The notes: generated from the letters alone by a model not told the origin. Positions 1 through 10,108 are shown, numbered from the stretch's first letter. The stretch: DNA of 64,000 nt from a candidate division WOR-3 bacterium (GCA_039802605.1 JBDRWW010000006.1:1-64000); one strand, 5' to 3'. Program-made: numbers and translations.

Positions 1-539
1 TCTAAAACCTCAACCTCATCTTCCCAAGTTAATATTCTCCCCTCTTTACCCCTCTCAAACACCATAACAATCCTCGGCTTTGTTAATATCCATATAACTC
101 TTTGTGTCCCAATATCAAACAGGTCTTTAACCTTTTCGCCAACATACTCCATAAAGGTCATATTTTCCAGTTCTGCTTTCACATCCACCTCTATCGCAAC
201 AAGCGGGGCAACATCGGAATACCCCTCAGAGAGTTTAAACTTGTTTTTTTCAAATATCCCTATATCAACAGCCCTATAACCCTTTGGTGTTTTCACTCCG
301 TGTTCATTGGCAACTATAACAAAACCCTTATCCCTTAAAACCCCAATCTTCATTATAATTTCGGCAACTATAAAAGCCTGTAATTTTCCACTCGCCATAA
401 TTTCCTCCGGTTGTTTTTTACCTTCAAGGACATCTTTATAACCGCGATAAAAAATCCGTTTTTCACCTACAACCTCATAGGTTAGCGCTTTAAACAGTTT
501 TTGTTCCCTTTCCTTAACGGATGTTTCCATAGTTTTCAT
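1..539 (-). CDS. Uma2-family (PD-(D/E)XK) putative endonuclease, copy 2; runs off the window edge
   Basis: Manual translation from ATG 539: MKTMETSVKEREQKLFKALTYEVVGEKRIFYRGYKDVLEG...APLVAIEVDVKAELEN; paralogue of 541-1122. Confidence 0.8.
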   Translation of the reverse strand, partial: MKTMETSVKEREQKLFKALTYEVVGEKRIFYRGYKDVLEGKKQPEEIMASGKLQAFIVAEIIMKIGVLRDKGFVIVANEHGVKTPKGYRAVDIGIFEKNKFKLSEGYSDVAPLVAIEVDVKAELENMTFMEYVGEKVKDLFDIGTQRVIWILTKPRIVMVFERGKEGRILTWEDEVEVL

Positions 540-540
540 T

Positions 541-1122
541 TTAAGGCTGAACGAGGTCCGATAACCTAAACCTTAGCCCTTCTAAAACCTCAACCTCATC
601 TTCCCAAGTTAATATTCTCCCCTCTTTACCCCTCTCAAACACCATAACAATCCTCGGCTTTGTTAATATCCATATAACTCTTTGTGTCCCAATATCAAAC
701 AGGTCTTCAACCTTTCCGCCAACATACTCCATAAAGGTCATATTTTCCAGCTCTGCCTTTGTATCAACTTCTATTGCTACGACGGGGGGAACTTCCGAGT
801 ATGTAGGGTTTTGTAGTTTTTCCTTAATTTCATCTTTTCTAAAAATCCCTATGTCCAAAAGTCTCCAATTTTCTCCCACTTTAACACCAATTTCATGGGG
901 TAGTACCTCATAACCTTTTGGTTCAATCTCCCTTGTCAAAAAGACTACAATTACCTTTACTATGTGTGCTTGCAAAATTGAACTCCCCATAACCTCCTCC
1001 GGGCGCTTCTTACCTTCAAGAACATCCTTATAACCACGGTAATATATAGGCTTTCCATCAACCACTTCATAGGTTAGGAGTTCTAATAGTCTTTGATCCC
1101 TTTCCCTAACGCCTGCTTCCAT
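541..1122 (-). CDS. Uma2-family putative endonuclease, copy 1
   Basis: YEVVDGKPIYYRGY, LDIGIF and PPVVAIEV motifs; ATG 1122 preferred over GTG 1134. Confidence 0.8.
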   Translation of the reverse strand: MEAGVRERDQRLLELLTYEVVDGKPIYYRGYKDVLEGKKRPEEVMGSSILQAHIVKVIVVFLTREIEPKGYEVLPHEIGVKVGENWRLLDIGIFRKDEIKEKLQNPTYSEVPPVVAIEVDTKAELENMTFMEYVGGKVEDLFDIGTQRVIWILTKPRIVMVFERGKEGRILTWEDEVEVLEGLRFRLSDLVQP

Positions 1123-1124
1123 AT

Positions 1125-1988
1125 TTAATACCACTTAAACCTTACAACCGGTAGGGTTGTATCCCTTGACCATACCGCAAAACTTCCCTCAAACACCCTT
1201 AACCTTTCCTTTGGATAACCCATCAAACGGAATATGAAGTATCCCAAGGAAGCCTCCCTACCGGTATTGCAATAAAATATGTATTGTTTTGCATTGGGAT
1301 TTACCACGGCTTTCAAAATTGTGTCCACGCTTTCCGCATTCTTTAAGACATAGAAATTGTCATTGACCTTTGTGAAGAAAAATTCAAAGGGTAAGGAAAA
1401 GGCTTGTGGAATGTGTCCAAACCTTTGATAAAACGGCTGCCCGTAAACCCCAAAGTAATATTCCGAAGGTCTAACATCAAAAATTTGATAATTTGGATCG
1501 CCTAAAACCTTTAACACAAAATTTTTATCAACTATTAGGGATGAATCGGGCTTTGCCTTAAGCCTTATTCTCGGGGATAGCCCCCTCTTTGTACTTGTTG
1601 GTAGTTTGTTTTCAACCCAAGCCTCATAACCCCCGTTTAAAACGAAAACCCTTTCAAAACCCAAGTATTCCAATACGAAAAACAACCTACCAACATTTGC
1701 GTAAAATATGGGTAGTTTCCCCGATGAGTATATTAAAATGGGATCATCTTGCCTAACCCCAAGGGATGAAATCACCTCTATAAGCGTATCTATCGGTTTC
1801 ATCTGAAAGGGAATACCATCTTCGGCTCGTAAAAACGAATTTACCGGAAAATTAACCGCACCCTCTATATGACCCTTTTCATACATTTCGGGCTCCCTAA
1901 CATCAATTATTGCCTTAAACCTTATTTTTGAGGCTTCCTTGGGTTCAAGTAGAATATTAAGAGGATATGCACCCATTATCCAAATCAT
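1125..1988 (-). CDS. Two-domain rhodanese / sulfurtransferase
   Basis: IIDVR..Y.KGHIEGAVN, VLNGG, GHIPQA, active-site YCNTG and FEGSFAVW. Confidence 0.9.
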   Translation of the reverse strand: MIWIMGAYPLNILLEPKEASKIRFKAIIDVREPEMYEKGHIEGAVNFPVNSFLRAEDGIPFQMKPIDTLIEVISSLGVRQDDPILIYSSGKLPIFYANVGRLFFVLEYLGFERVFVLNGGYEAWVENKLPTSTKRGLSPRIRLKAKPDSSLIVDKNFVLKVLGDPNYQIFDVRPSEYYFGVYGQPFYQRFGHIPQAFSLPFEFFFTKVNDNFYVLKNAESVDTILKAVVNPNAKQYIFYCNTGREASLGYFIFRLMGYPKERLRVFEGSFAVWSRDTTLPVVRFKWY

Positions 1989-2031
1989 AACCCGTATTCT
2001 AAGGTTGTATATTTTTCCAATTGTGAATTTA

Positions 2032-2043
2032 CAACCTTAGAAT
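2032..2043 (+). promoter_or_regulatory. C-N5-TAGAAT promoter for purL, back-to-back with an equivalent minus-strand promoter at 1996-2007
   Basis: CAACCT-TAGAAT on both strands, 11 and 7 nt before the respective ATGs. Confidence 0.7.
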
Positions 2044-2054
2044 GAATACCCAAC

Positions 2055-4574
2055 ATGAGCATAAAAACCCTTGAAAAGGCCTTATTTATAGGACTAACAG
2101 CCGAGGAGTATGAAACCATAGAGGCACTTTTGGGTAGAGAGCCAAACGATATTGAATTGGGAATTTTTGCCTTAAACTGGTCGGAGCATTGTAGTTATAA
2201 ATCAACAAAAAGGTTTTTAAAACTTTTGCCTTCGGAATCGGATAGGACGGTTGTGGGTCCAGGTGGGGGAGCCGGCGTCTTAAAACTTGATGATGATACC
2301 GTTGTGGCCTTCAAGATAGAGAGCCATAACCATCCCTCCGCCGTTGAGCCGAAAAGCGGGGCTGCCACCGGTGTTGGTGGAATAGTCAGGGATATACTGA
2401 GCATGGGGGTAAGACCAATAGCCCTTTTGGACAGCCTAAGGTTTGGGGATTTTAGAAAATCCACTAAATCTTTAAACCTTTTGAAGGGTGTAGTTGAAGG
2501 GATTTCTTCTTATGGCAATTCCATAGGTGTCCCGGTGGTGGGAGGGGAGGTTTTGACGGACGAAAGTTATGAGGATAATCCCCTGGTGAATGTTATGTGC
2601 GTTGGGGTAGGGGATATAAGGCATTTAAAGGATGGAGTATTAAAGGGTGTGGGAAATTCCGTAATAATTGTTGGTGCCCCGACGGGTAGGGATGGCATAA
2701 TGGGGGCATCCTTTGCTTCGCAAACGCTTGAAGGGGAGATATCGGAGAAAAGGCCGGCGGTTCAGATAGGAGATCCCTTTATGGAAAAACTCCTAATAGA
2801 GGCGACCTTAGAGGCGGTGAAATTACCGCAGGTTTTGGGTTTGCAGGACTTGGGGGCGGGTGGATTATCAACGGCATTACCGGAAATGGCAAACAAGGGG
2901 GGTGTTGGGGTAGAACTCTATACGGATAGGGTACCTTTGAGGGAACCCTTAACCCCATTTGAGATAGTATTATCCGAATCCCAAGAGAGGATGGTTATGT
3001 GTGTGGAAAGGGGAAAAGAGGATGAGGTAATAAACATTTTCAAAAAGTGGGGTTTGGAAGCCGAGGTTATAGGTAGGGTAATAGAAGAAAGGGTTTTTAG
3101 GATTATACACAATGGCGAAAAGTTGGTTGAAATACCCTTGTCTTATATTTTTAAGGCTATACCAAAGCCCGATTGGTTGGCAATGTCTCCAAAAAAGGAT
3201 ATGTGGGAATTTATGGGCATATTCGCGGGTATTGAGGATAAGTATTACGAGATAAATGAAAAAAACGAGAAAAAAACTTTTGTATCCCTCCTTGACATAA
3301 TAGCCTTAACCCTTGAATATACCGCCACTTCCTACGGTTTGAGTAAAATAGACTGGGAGTTGAGGTATCAAACCTTTAAGTCAAAAAGGAATATACTTCT
3401 CGGTAAGGAGGATATAAACGAGGTTAAAGAAAAATCCGCGATACTTTCGGATTACGAGTTCCTCCTCAAAAGGATTGCAAAACTTCAAGGGGAGTCGTAT
3501 GTTGAAAAACACCTACCAAAGAAATTGGTAAAGGATTTGTGTTTAAGGGTTTTGAAAAGGCCATCCGTTGCCTCAAAGAGGTGGATTTATAGGCAATACG
3601 ATTATATGGTTGGCACGGATACGGTTATAACACCGGGCATTGGGGATGCCGCAGTTTTGAGGATTAAGGGGAAGAATTACGGTTTAGCCTTATCGGTTGA
3701 TGGTAATGGAAAGTTTTTGGAAATAAATCCTTATTGGGGTGCCCAAAGGGTTGCATCCGAAGTTTGGTTAAATATAGTCTGTTCGGGTGGTGAGGTTATA
3801 GGGTTTACGGATGGGGTAAATTTTCCATCACCGGCAGATCCCGGAGAATATTGGAAATTACAGGAGGCCATAAGGGGGCTTGCGGATTTCTCAAAGGAAA
3901 CGGGGATTCCCGTGGTTTCCGGAAATGTCAGTTTATACAACGAAAGTGAGAGGTACAAGATATTGCCAACGCTGATAATAGGAGGTGTGGGAATAGTAAG
4001 GGATTTACACAACATTCCAAGGATTGGAGTTTATAAAGAAGGTTTAAGCGTTTATCTCGTAGGTTATCCGCAAACACGGTTTGATTTGGCGGGTAGCGAG
4101 TTTGTTTTAGAAATACACGAATTGCTTGGATTAAAATCCCCCAGTAGGCTACTTTTAAAATACGGCCATCTTCCGAAGGTACATTATACGGATGTTGAAT
4201 ATATTACATCCTTAGTATCCGCTTTGAGGGATACCATTGATTACGGTTTTGCGATAAATTTGCACGATATTTCGGAGGGGGGTTTGTTTGCCGCACTCTC
4301 GGAGATGGTTATAAATGGAAGTGTTGGTATTTCGGTTAATGTTGATGGTTTTGGAGAACTATTTTCCGAACTCGCACCCCGTGTTGTTTTAACAACGGAA
4401 AACCCATACGAAATAGAATCCATTTTAGCAAAATACGGCGTAATGTTCCAACATATAGGAAAAACCATAAAGGATAGGGATTTGATAATTGAGTATCACA
4501 AGGGTAAACGGTTAAAGTTTGGTGTTTCCGAACTTCAAAAGGCATACTATGAAACTTTTGAGAATCTCGGATAA
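2055..4574 (+). CDS. purL: Phosphoribosylformylglycinamidine synthase subunit PurL
   Basis: WSEHCSYKS, KIESHNHPS, GAATGVGGIVRD, SESQERM and SGNVSLYNE motifs. Confidence 0.97.
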   Translation: MSIKTLEKALFIGLTAEEYETIEALLGREPNDIELGIFALNWSEHCSYKSTKRFLKLLPSESDRTVVGPGGGAGVLKLDDDTVVAFKIESHNHPSAVEPKSGAATGVGGIVRDILSMGVRPIALLDSLRFGDFRKSTKSLNLLKGVVEGISSYGNSIGVPVVGGEVLTDESYEDNPLVNVMCVGVGDIRHLKDGVLKGVGNSVIIVGAPTGRDGIMGASFASQTLEGEISEKRPAVQIGDPFMEKLLIEATLEAVKLPQVLGLQDLGAGGLSTALPEMANKGGVGVELYTDRVPLREPLTPFEIVLSESQERMVMCVERGKEDEVINIFKKWGLEAEVIGRVIEERVFRIIHNGEKLVEIPLSYIFKAIPKPDWLAMSPKKDMWEFMGIFAGIEDKYYEINEKNEKKTFVSLLDIIALTLEYTATSYGLSKIDWELRYQTFKSKRNILLGKEDINEVKEKSAILSDYEFLLKRIAKLQGESYVEKHLPKKLVKDLCLRVLKRPSVASKRWIYRQYDYMVGTDTVITPGIGDAAVLRIKGKNYGLALSVDGNGKFLEINPYWGAQRVASEVWLNIVCSGGEVIGFTDGVNFPSPADPGEYWKLQEAIRGLADFSKETGIPVVSGNVSLYNESERYKILPTLIIGGVGIVRDLHNIPRIGVYKEGLSVYLVGYPQTRFDLAGSEFVLEIHELLGLKSPSRLLLKYGHLPKVHYTDVEYITSLVSALRDTIDYGFAINLHDISEGGLFAALSEMVINGSVGISVNVDGFGELFSELAPRVVLTTENPYEIESILAKYGVMFQHIGKTIKDRDLIIEYHKGKRLKFGVSELQKAYYETFENLG

Positions 4575-5433
4575 ATTAGAGGAAGAAACCTGTGCTTGTA
4601 TAGGCTCTTTTGATGGTATGCATATAGGTCATAGGGCTATAATAGAGGATGTAAAGTGTTATGCGAAATTAAAGGGCTTAAAATCTTTGATCATAACTTT
4701 TAGAGAACACCCGAGGCTTGAAAAAAACCTCCTATTTACACCCGAAGAAAAGTTAGAAGCGTTAAGGGAAACCGGAATTGATTATGTTTTACTTTTGGAA
4801 AGGGAAGATATGGAAATAACCGCTTTGGAGTTTTTAAATATCCTGAAAAATGGGTTCAAAGTTAATAGGTTGGTTATGGGTTTTAATCACAGGTTTGGGA
4901 AAAATAGAGAGGGAGATCCATCTTTTATTTTGAGTCATTTAAGCGAATTCCCCTTTGAATTGGTGATATTTCCACCTATAAAGGTTGGTGGCATTGTTGT
5001 AAGTTCCACAAACATAAGAAATATGCTATTGGAGGGCAGGGTTGATGAGGTTATACCTCTTTTGGGCAGAAGATATTCCATTGTGGGGAGGAAGGTTAAA
5101 GGTGCGGGTTTGGGAAAAAACTTGGGTTTTCCTACGGTTAATTTGGAGGTTGAAGGTGGGAAATTAATACCCAAGGATGGGGTATATGCGGTCTTCTTAC
5201 CGGATTTGGGGAAATACGGCGTAATGCATATAGGGAATAGACCAACTTTTTCCTTGGATAAATCCCTTGAAGTTCATATACTTGATTTTGATGGGGATAT
5301 TGGGGATACTTTGAGGGTTGAGTTTGTTAAAAGGATAAGGGATGTTATGAGGTTTAAAAACGGCAAGGAGTTGAAGGAAAGGATACTCAAAGATATTGAG
5401 GTTGCAAAACGGGTGATTTCATCGGCGTTATAA
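4549..5433 (+). CDS. ribF: Bifunctional riboflavin kinase / FAD synthetase
   Basis: IGSFDGMHIGH, VSSTNIR, GFPTVN, GNRPTF and LEVHILDF motifs. Confidence 0.95.
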   Translation: MKLLRISDKLEEETCACIGSFDGMHIGHRAIIEDVKCYAKLKGLKSLIITFREHPRLEKNLLFTPEEKLEALRETGIDYVLLLEREDMEITALEFLNILKNGFKVNRLVMGFNHRFGKNREGDPSFILSHLSEFPFELVIFPPIKVGGIVVSSTNIRNMLLEGRVDEVIPLLGRRYSIVGRKVKGAGLGKNLGFPTVNLEVEGGKLIPKDGVYAVFLPDLGKYGVMHIGNRPTFSLDKSLEVHILDFDGDIGDTLRVEFVKRIRDVMRFKNGKELKERILKDIEVAKRVISSAL

Positions 5434-5443
5434 TTTCCGTATT

Positions 5444-6376
5444 GTGGGTAAGACAAAACTCATAACCGGCGATTTAATCGGGAGGCAAAACTATGAGGAT
5501 TTGATAATTAGGGATATGGATGATATAACTAACTATCCCATTGATAGGGTTAAGAACAGGGTAATATGGGGCGATGCGTTTAAAGTTTTAAAAAAATTTG
5601 ATGATGAAATTTTTGATACGGTTTTTATTGACCCTCCGTATTTTTTACAACTGCCAAATAAAAAGTTGAAGAGGTGGAAGGTAAAAACCGTCGTTGATGG
5701 AGTTGATGACGAATGGGATAAATTTTCATCGTTCCAAGAATACGACGATTTTATAACTAAACTCTTAACGGAGGTTAAGAGGGTAATGAAACCAAACGCA
5801 ACGGTTTGGGTTATAGCCACATATCACAGCATTTTTAGAATCGGAAAGATTATGCAAGACTTGGGTTTTTGGATACTCAACGATGTTATATGGGTAAAGA
5901 CGAACCCCATGCCAAACTGGTTGGGTGTTAGATTTACCAATGCAACCGAAACTCTAATTTGGGCTGTAAAGGATAAAAGCGTTAAAGATTACACATTTAA
6001 CAAAGAATATGCTAAGAAATTCGGTATAGGTAAGGTTGGTGCAAATGTTTGGGTATTGCCTTTGTGTTGGGGTAAGGAAAGGTTAAAAGATGAAAGGGGT
6101 AAAAAATTGCATTCAACCCAAAAACCCGTTGAACTACTAAAAAGGGTTATACTAACCTCAACAAAGGAAGGGGATTTGATTTTAGATCCTATGGCCGGCA
6201 CGGGAACAACGGGATATGTTGCAAAAGCCTTAAAAAGGAATTTTGTTATGATTGAAGTTAATGAAAGGTATATAAAAGGAATTGTGGAAAGGTTTAAAAA
6301 GACTTTGAAAATAACCGATGAGCCGGATCCGAGTCCCGATAAGGTAAGGAAATATTTGAAGTTTGGGGAATTATGA
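5444..6376 (+). CDS. Beta-class adenine DNA methyltransferase, HinfI/CcrM-like (probably GANTC)
   Basis: DPPY, IWVKTNPMPN...RFTNATETLIWA, HSTQKP and LDPMAGTGTT motifs. Confidence 0.9.
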   Translation: MGKTKLITGDLIGRQNYEDLIIRDMDDITNYPIDRVKNRVIWGDAFKVLKKFDDEIFDTVFIDPPYFLQLPNKKLKRWKVKTVVDGVDDEWDKFSSFQEYDDFITKLLTEVKRVMKPNATVWVIATYHSIFRIGKIMQDLGFWILNDVIWVKTNPMPNWLGVRFTNATETLIWAVKDKSVKDYTFNKEYAKKFGIGKVGANVWVLPLCWGKERLKDERGKKLHSTQKPVELLKRVILTSTKEGDLILDPMAGTGTTGYVAKALKRNFVMIEVNERYIKGIVERFKKTLKITDEPDPSPDKVRKYLKFGEL

Positions 6377-7290
6377 TAGATTATAACAAGTTTTGTTCAA
6401 TATTAAACGGGCACATATTTGAAGGCGAGAAAAGAGAACTTTTAAGAAAGATAGCGGATAATCCCAATCGCTTTATAGGTTTGTTTAGACCTACAAAACC
6501 CGAAGCCAAAATACTGCAAAATATTTTGCAATCCCATGAAATACGATTTGGGGATGCTATGGAGGAACTAATATCGGAATTCTTAAAAGACTGGGGGTTT
6601 AAAATCCTTCCCAAGCAAATCATACCAAATCCCGCAAAATCTAAAAACAAACTCGTCATAGACCATTACTTTACGGATGGTAGAACTTATTACTTTATTG
6701 AGCAGAAAATTAGGGACGACCACGATTCATCCAAGAAAAGGGGACAAATAGACAACTTTGAGGCAAAGTTAGAATATCTTTACAAAAACCACCAACAGAA
6801 CCTTGTAGGAATAATGTATTTCATAGACCCCGATCTGATAAAAAACAAAAACTATTACGATAACGAACTCAAAAAAATGAAAAATATTTACGGAGTTGAG
6901 TTATATCTTTTCTACGGCAAGGAATTGTTTAAATTTTTCAACAGAGGATATGATTGGGACAACTTAATCTCTTGGCTAACCAAGTGGAAAATGGGGTTGC
7001 CGGATTTACCCGAAATTAATTTTGATAACGACCCTGAAAGCAGTTTTAACGATATCAAGAACTTGGAAATAAGCGTTTGGAGAAAGATTTTAGAGAATAA
7101 TAGACTATGGGAGGAAGGGATAATGCTATCTATATTTAAGAGTGGAGAAACTTTAAAAATGATTTCGGAACACTATGAGAAAAAACAGGGTAAGGCTTAT
7201 AAAAAAATTGCCGGAATGATAAAACAGAAATTGCAGGCTTATTACAAACACCAGTATTCAGCAAATAACAGGGTAGAGGTTCAGGATTAG
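6373..7290 (+). CDS. Type II restriction endonuclease, HpyAIV-like
   Basis: RFIGLFRPTKP, QSHEIRFGDAME and IDHYF...FIEQKIRDDHDS (PD-ExK); overlaps the MTase stop (ATGA). Confidence 0.8.
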   Translation: MIDYNKFCSILNGHIFEGEKRELLRKIADNPNRFIGLFRPTKPEAKILQNILQSHEIRFGDAMEELISEFLKDWGFKILPKQIIPNPAKSKNKLVIDHYFTDGRTYYFIEQKIRDDHDSSKKRGQIDNFEAKLEYLYKNHQQNLVGIMYFIDPDLIKNKNYYDNELKKMKNIYGVELYLFYGKELFKFFNRGYDWDNLISWLTKWKMGLPDLPEINFDNDPESSFNDIKNLEISVWRKILENNRLWEEGIMLSIFKSGETLKMISEHYEKKQGKAYKKIAGMIKQKLQAYYKHQYSANNRVEVQD

Positions 7291-7522
7291 AATAATAGGA
7301 TGATGAGGATAAGCATAGTACAATACGGAGGAAGGGATAAAATGCATGTATTGAGTACAAGTGCAAAGGGTGTGGGAGGCAAATTGAAAGGGTTGGCTTA
7401 TCTCTTATCATCACTAAACTGATATGTGCGTAATACTTACGGTGTTCTATTCCTGAGCCTTTAAGGGTGTTGCGTGGAATGGATTACGACCCTTTGATCG
7501 TAGGGCTATTTACTCTAACCTC

Positions 7523-7912
7523 ATATCCTCTTTGGCATCAATAATTTACGCCTTTTATGTTGTGGTGGCAAAAAGGTTTTCCCTACAAATAGAACCGATT
7601 CATTACACATTTTCCACAAACTTCGTTTCAACCTTTATAGCCTTAGCATTCTTATCCCTGTTTTTCAAATTCCAACCGGATATTGTCCCCTCCCTATCAA
7701 TAATATGGCTTGCCGTTTTCCCTTCAACTTTGGGTTATATTTTCTACTTTTACGGATTAAAGTTTAAGGGTGCCGTGTCGTCTTCCGTCATAATACTTTC
7801 AACGATAATTTTCGGGACGGTTTTGTCAATAGTTATACTCGGCGAATCCCTAAGCGCATTGGAAACCTTTGGGTTATTCTTGGTAGCCTTAGGCGTTGTT
7901 TTGGCGAAATAA
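7523..7912 (+). pseudogene. C-terminal half of an EamA/DMT transporter (5'-truncated paralogue of 53052-53861)
   Basis: Near-identical protein to the second half of 53052-53861; N-terminal EamA repeat missing. Confidence 0.8.
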
Positions 7913-10090
7913 TTATGGTACAAAAACCCGCTTTGTTATAACCTTATCCCCAACCCTTATACGCGCAAAATATACACCCTTTGGAACATCTAAGGAGATG
8001 GAATATTTACCCGGTTGGACAAATCCAAGGGATTTTGTGTGTTTCCTCCTACCATCCGGAGAGTAAAGGTCAAGCCCGAGATAGGATGGACTTGAAAGGA
8101 TAACCGTTATTTCCCCACGGCTTAGATATACCTCCAACTCTTTCCTTTCCACCTTTTCCTTCACATTCACCAGACAGCGGGGAGAAACTTCTATTAAAAA
8201 GGCTTCATCGTTTGGGCTATAATAAGGGTTATACCTTATATAGGGTTGCGGGTAAGATGTTGTATCATAACCCCGGAATAAATACCCACCTACAAGTATC
8301 CTATCGGGATATACTAAGGTATATCTGGCGTAATCCTCACCAATACCCCCGATGTTTGAAACCCCATAACATGTGTTTAAATCCTTACTCAAACCCACAA
8401 TTAGTGGGTCGGTATCCCAAAAGGATGTATCCCCAGAAGTTATATTACACACCGGGCATGAACCCCAACTCGGGGGATTTGATTTTATGTTTAAGACATA
8501 TATTATGGTGTCGCCTTTTAATGCCATTGTTCGTAGGTATAACTTTTCGGTGTCGGGTGAGGATACATAGGCCATCTTGTAAAAATTCCTTAAAGATGTG
8601 TCCGCCCATATAACACCCATGTCCTTTGCCCCAAGGGTTCCGTAAACTACCCTCGGTATCCCGGTCGCAAAGGAACTTGCATCTTCCGTCCAGAAGAATA
8701 TGTACAGGTTCCCAGAACTGTCCGCCAATATACCCCTTGCATAATCACCGTAATTGCCACCAAAAATAACAGCCCTCAAAATCGTATCAAGGTTCTTATT
8801 AACCTTAACTAAGTATGCATCGTATGAAGACCTGACCCCTATTAGCGTATCAACCCTTGCGTCCCAAGAAAAAACATGGGACATTCCAAAAACATACAAA
8901 CTGTTGTTTAATAAAAGTCCTCCCCATGCCAATTCCGTATCAAATCCGCATATTAGGGATGTGGTTATGTAGTTTAAGGCGGTATCCAACTTGGTTATGA
9001 AAATATCCCCAATCTCACAGGTATCACCTCCTATTACATTCTTTGACAATCCGAATGTCGGGGAATTGTAAGTTGAACCTATGATATAAAGGTACGGAGC
9101 ATCTATTAATACCTCCCAACCATAATCGTTTTCGGCACTGCTTATAAGAACGGTTTTTATATGGACATCAAGGTTGTGGCTAAGTTTTGTCAAGAAAACA
9201 TGTATATCCCCGGCACCGGTAACACCATAAATCGTTCGTGAAGGTGCAATATCGTTGGATTTGGTATAACCGAGAACCAAAATGTTTCCGTTTGGATCCT
9301 CAGTTATGAATGCAGACCTATCCTCACTACTCCCAGATATAAGGGCCACCGACAAAACCGACATAAGATCCGGCGACAGCCTTACAACGAAAACAAGGGG
9401 ATTGGATAAAGATCCGTATATATAGTTTGGCGTTAAGAAGGAACCGTAATCGTAGGTGTGTCCAACAACATAAACATATCCGCTGTCATCCACATGAATA
9501 CCCCTTAGGAAATCCATACTTGAACTCCCTATGATAAATGTGGGGTCTATTATTAGGTCAGATGATGGGTCATAGTTTTCCACCTTGAAGGATAATGTTG
9601 AACCTTCAATTAGAGGGTTAACCTTAACTTCCCTCGCCCCCTGATAAGCCTTCAAATCCTTTATTATAAACCTTTCACCGTTTTCCGCCATTACCTCAAT
9701 TTTTCCGTTTTTACCTTTCAACTCACAACCCGCAAAGTTTAAGCGTATTTTGTTGGGATCGGCATAAGGCTTTATGTGTAGATAGAACTCAAAGGTATTA
9801 CCGGATAGGCCGTTTATTACAAAATCAACCCGGGGATATACATCCTTCAACCGTAGGGATTTAAACATTTTACCGGTGATGGTTTCGCGGGGTCCGAAAT
9901 ATGAGAACTTTCCACCCGTGGGATGTAATCCCTCCACATTACGAACCTTACCGCCTACGAATTCAAGACTTATACCCCTTATGCGCACATCACCCTTGTA
10001 TATCCTTATATCTCCGGATACATTCATCCATATGCCTTTATGCCTTATAAATACCTGCTGAAAGCTAAATCCCAAAATCGCCCAAACCAT
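7913..10090 (-). CDS. Secreted SBBP-like beta-propeller protein with N-terminal DUF7948-like domain and C-terminal sorting-like domain
   Basis: LKDVYPRVD, LKAYQG, LIIDP, DSSGNLY blades and GVYFARIRVGDKVITKRVFV tail; GGAGG RBS. Confidence 0.75.
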   Translation of the reverse strand: MVWAILGFSFQQVFIRHKGIWMNVSGDIRIYKGDVRIRGISLEFVGGKVRNVEGLHPTGGKFSYFGPRETITGKMFKSLRLKDVYPRVDFVINGLSGNTFEFYLHIKPYADPNKIRLNFAGCELKGKNGKIEVMAENGERFIIKDLKAYQGAREVKVNPLIEGSTLSFKVENYDPSSDLIIDPTFIIGSSSMDFLRGIHVDDSGYVYVVGHTYDYGSFLTPNYIYGSLSNPLVFVVRLSPDLMSVLSVALISGSSEDRSAFITEDPNGNILVLGYTKSNDIAPSRTIYGVTGAGDIHVFLTKLSHNLDVHIKTVLISSAENDYGWEVLIDAPYLYIIGSTYNSPTFGLSKNVIGGDTCEIGDIFITKLDTALNYITTSLICGFDTELAWGGLLLNNSLYVFGMSHVFSWDARVDTLIGVRSSYDAYLVKVNKNLDTILRAVIFGGNYGDYARGILADSSGNLYIFFWTEDASSFATGIPRVVYGTLGAKDMGVIWADTSLRNFYKMAYVSSPDTEKLYLRTMALKGDTIIYVLNIKSNPPSWGSCPVCNITSGDTSFWDTDPLIVGLSKDLNTCYGVSNIGGIGEDYARYTLVYPDRILVGGYLFRGYDTTSYPQPYIRYNPYYSPNDEAFLIEVSPRCLVNVKEKVERKELEVYLSRGEITVILSSPSYLGLDLYSPDGRRKHTKSLGFVQPGKYSISLDVPKGVYFARIRVGDKVITKRVFVP

Positions 10091-10108
10091 AGTTATACCT
10101 CCTTTTCC

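Noticed and set aside
3170..3500. PurL insert (and the subtilase insert) as inteins
   Set aside because: No Cys/Ser N-terminal block, His-Asn C-terminus or LAGLIDADG motifs.
7395..7520. CTCTTATC as the start of a SAM-I riboswitch
   Set aside because: The following AGAG, kink-turn and GCAACC elements are absent.
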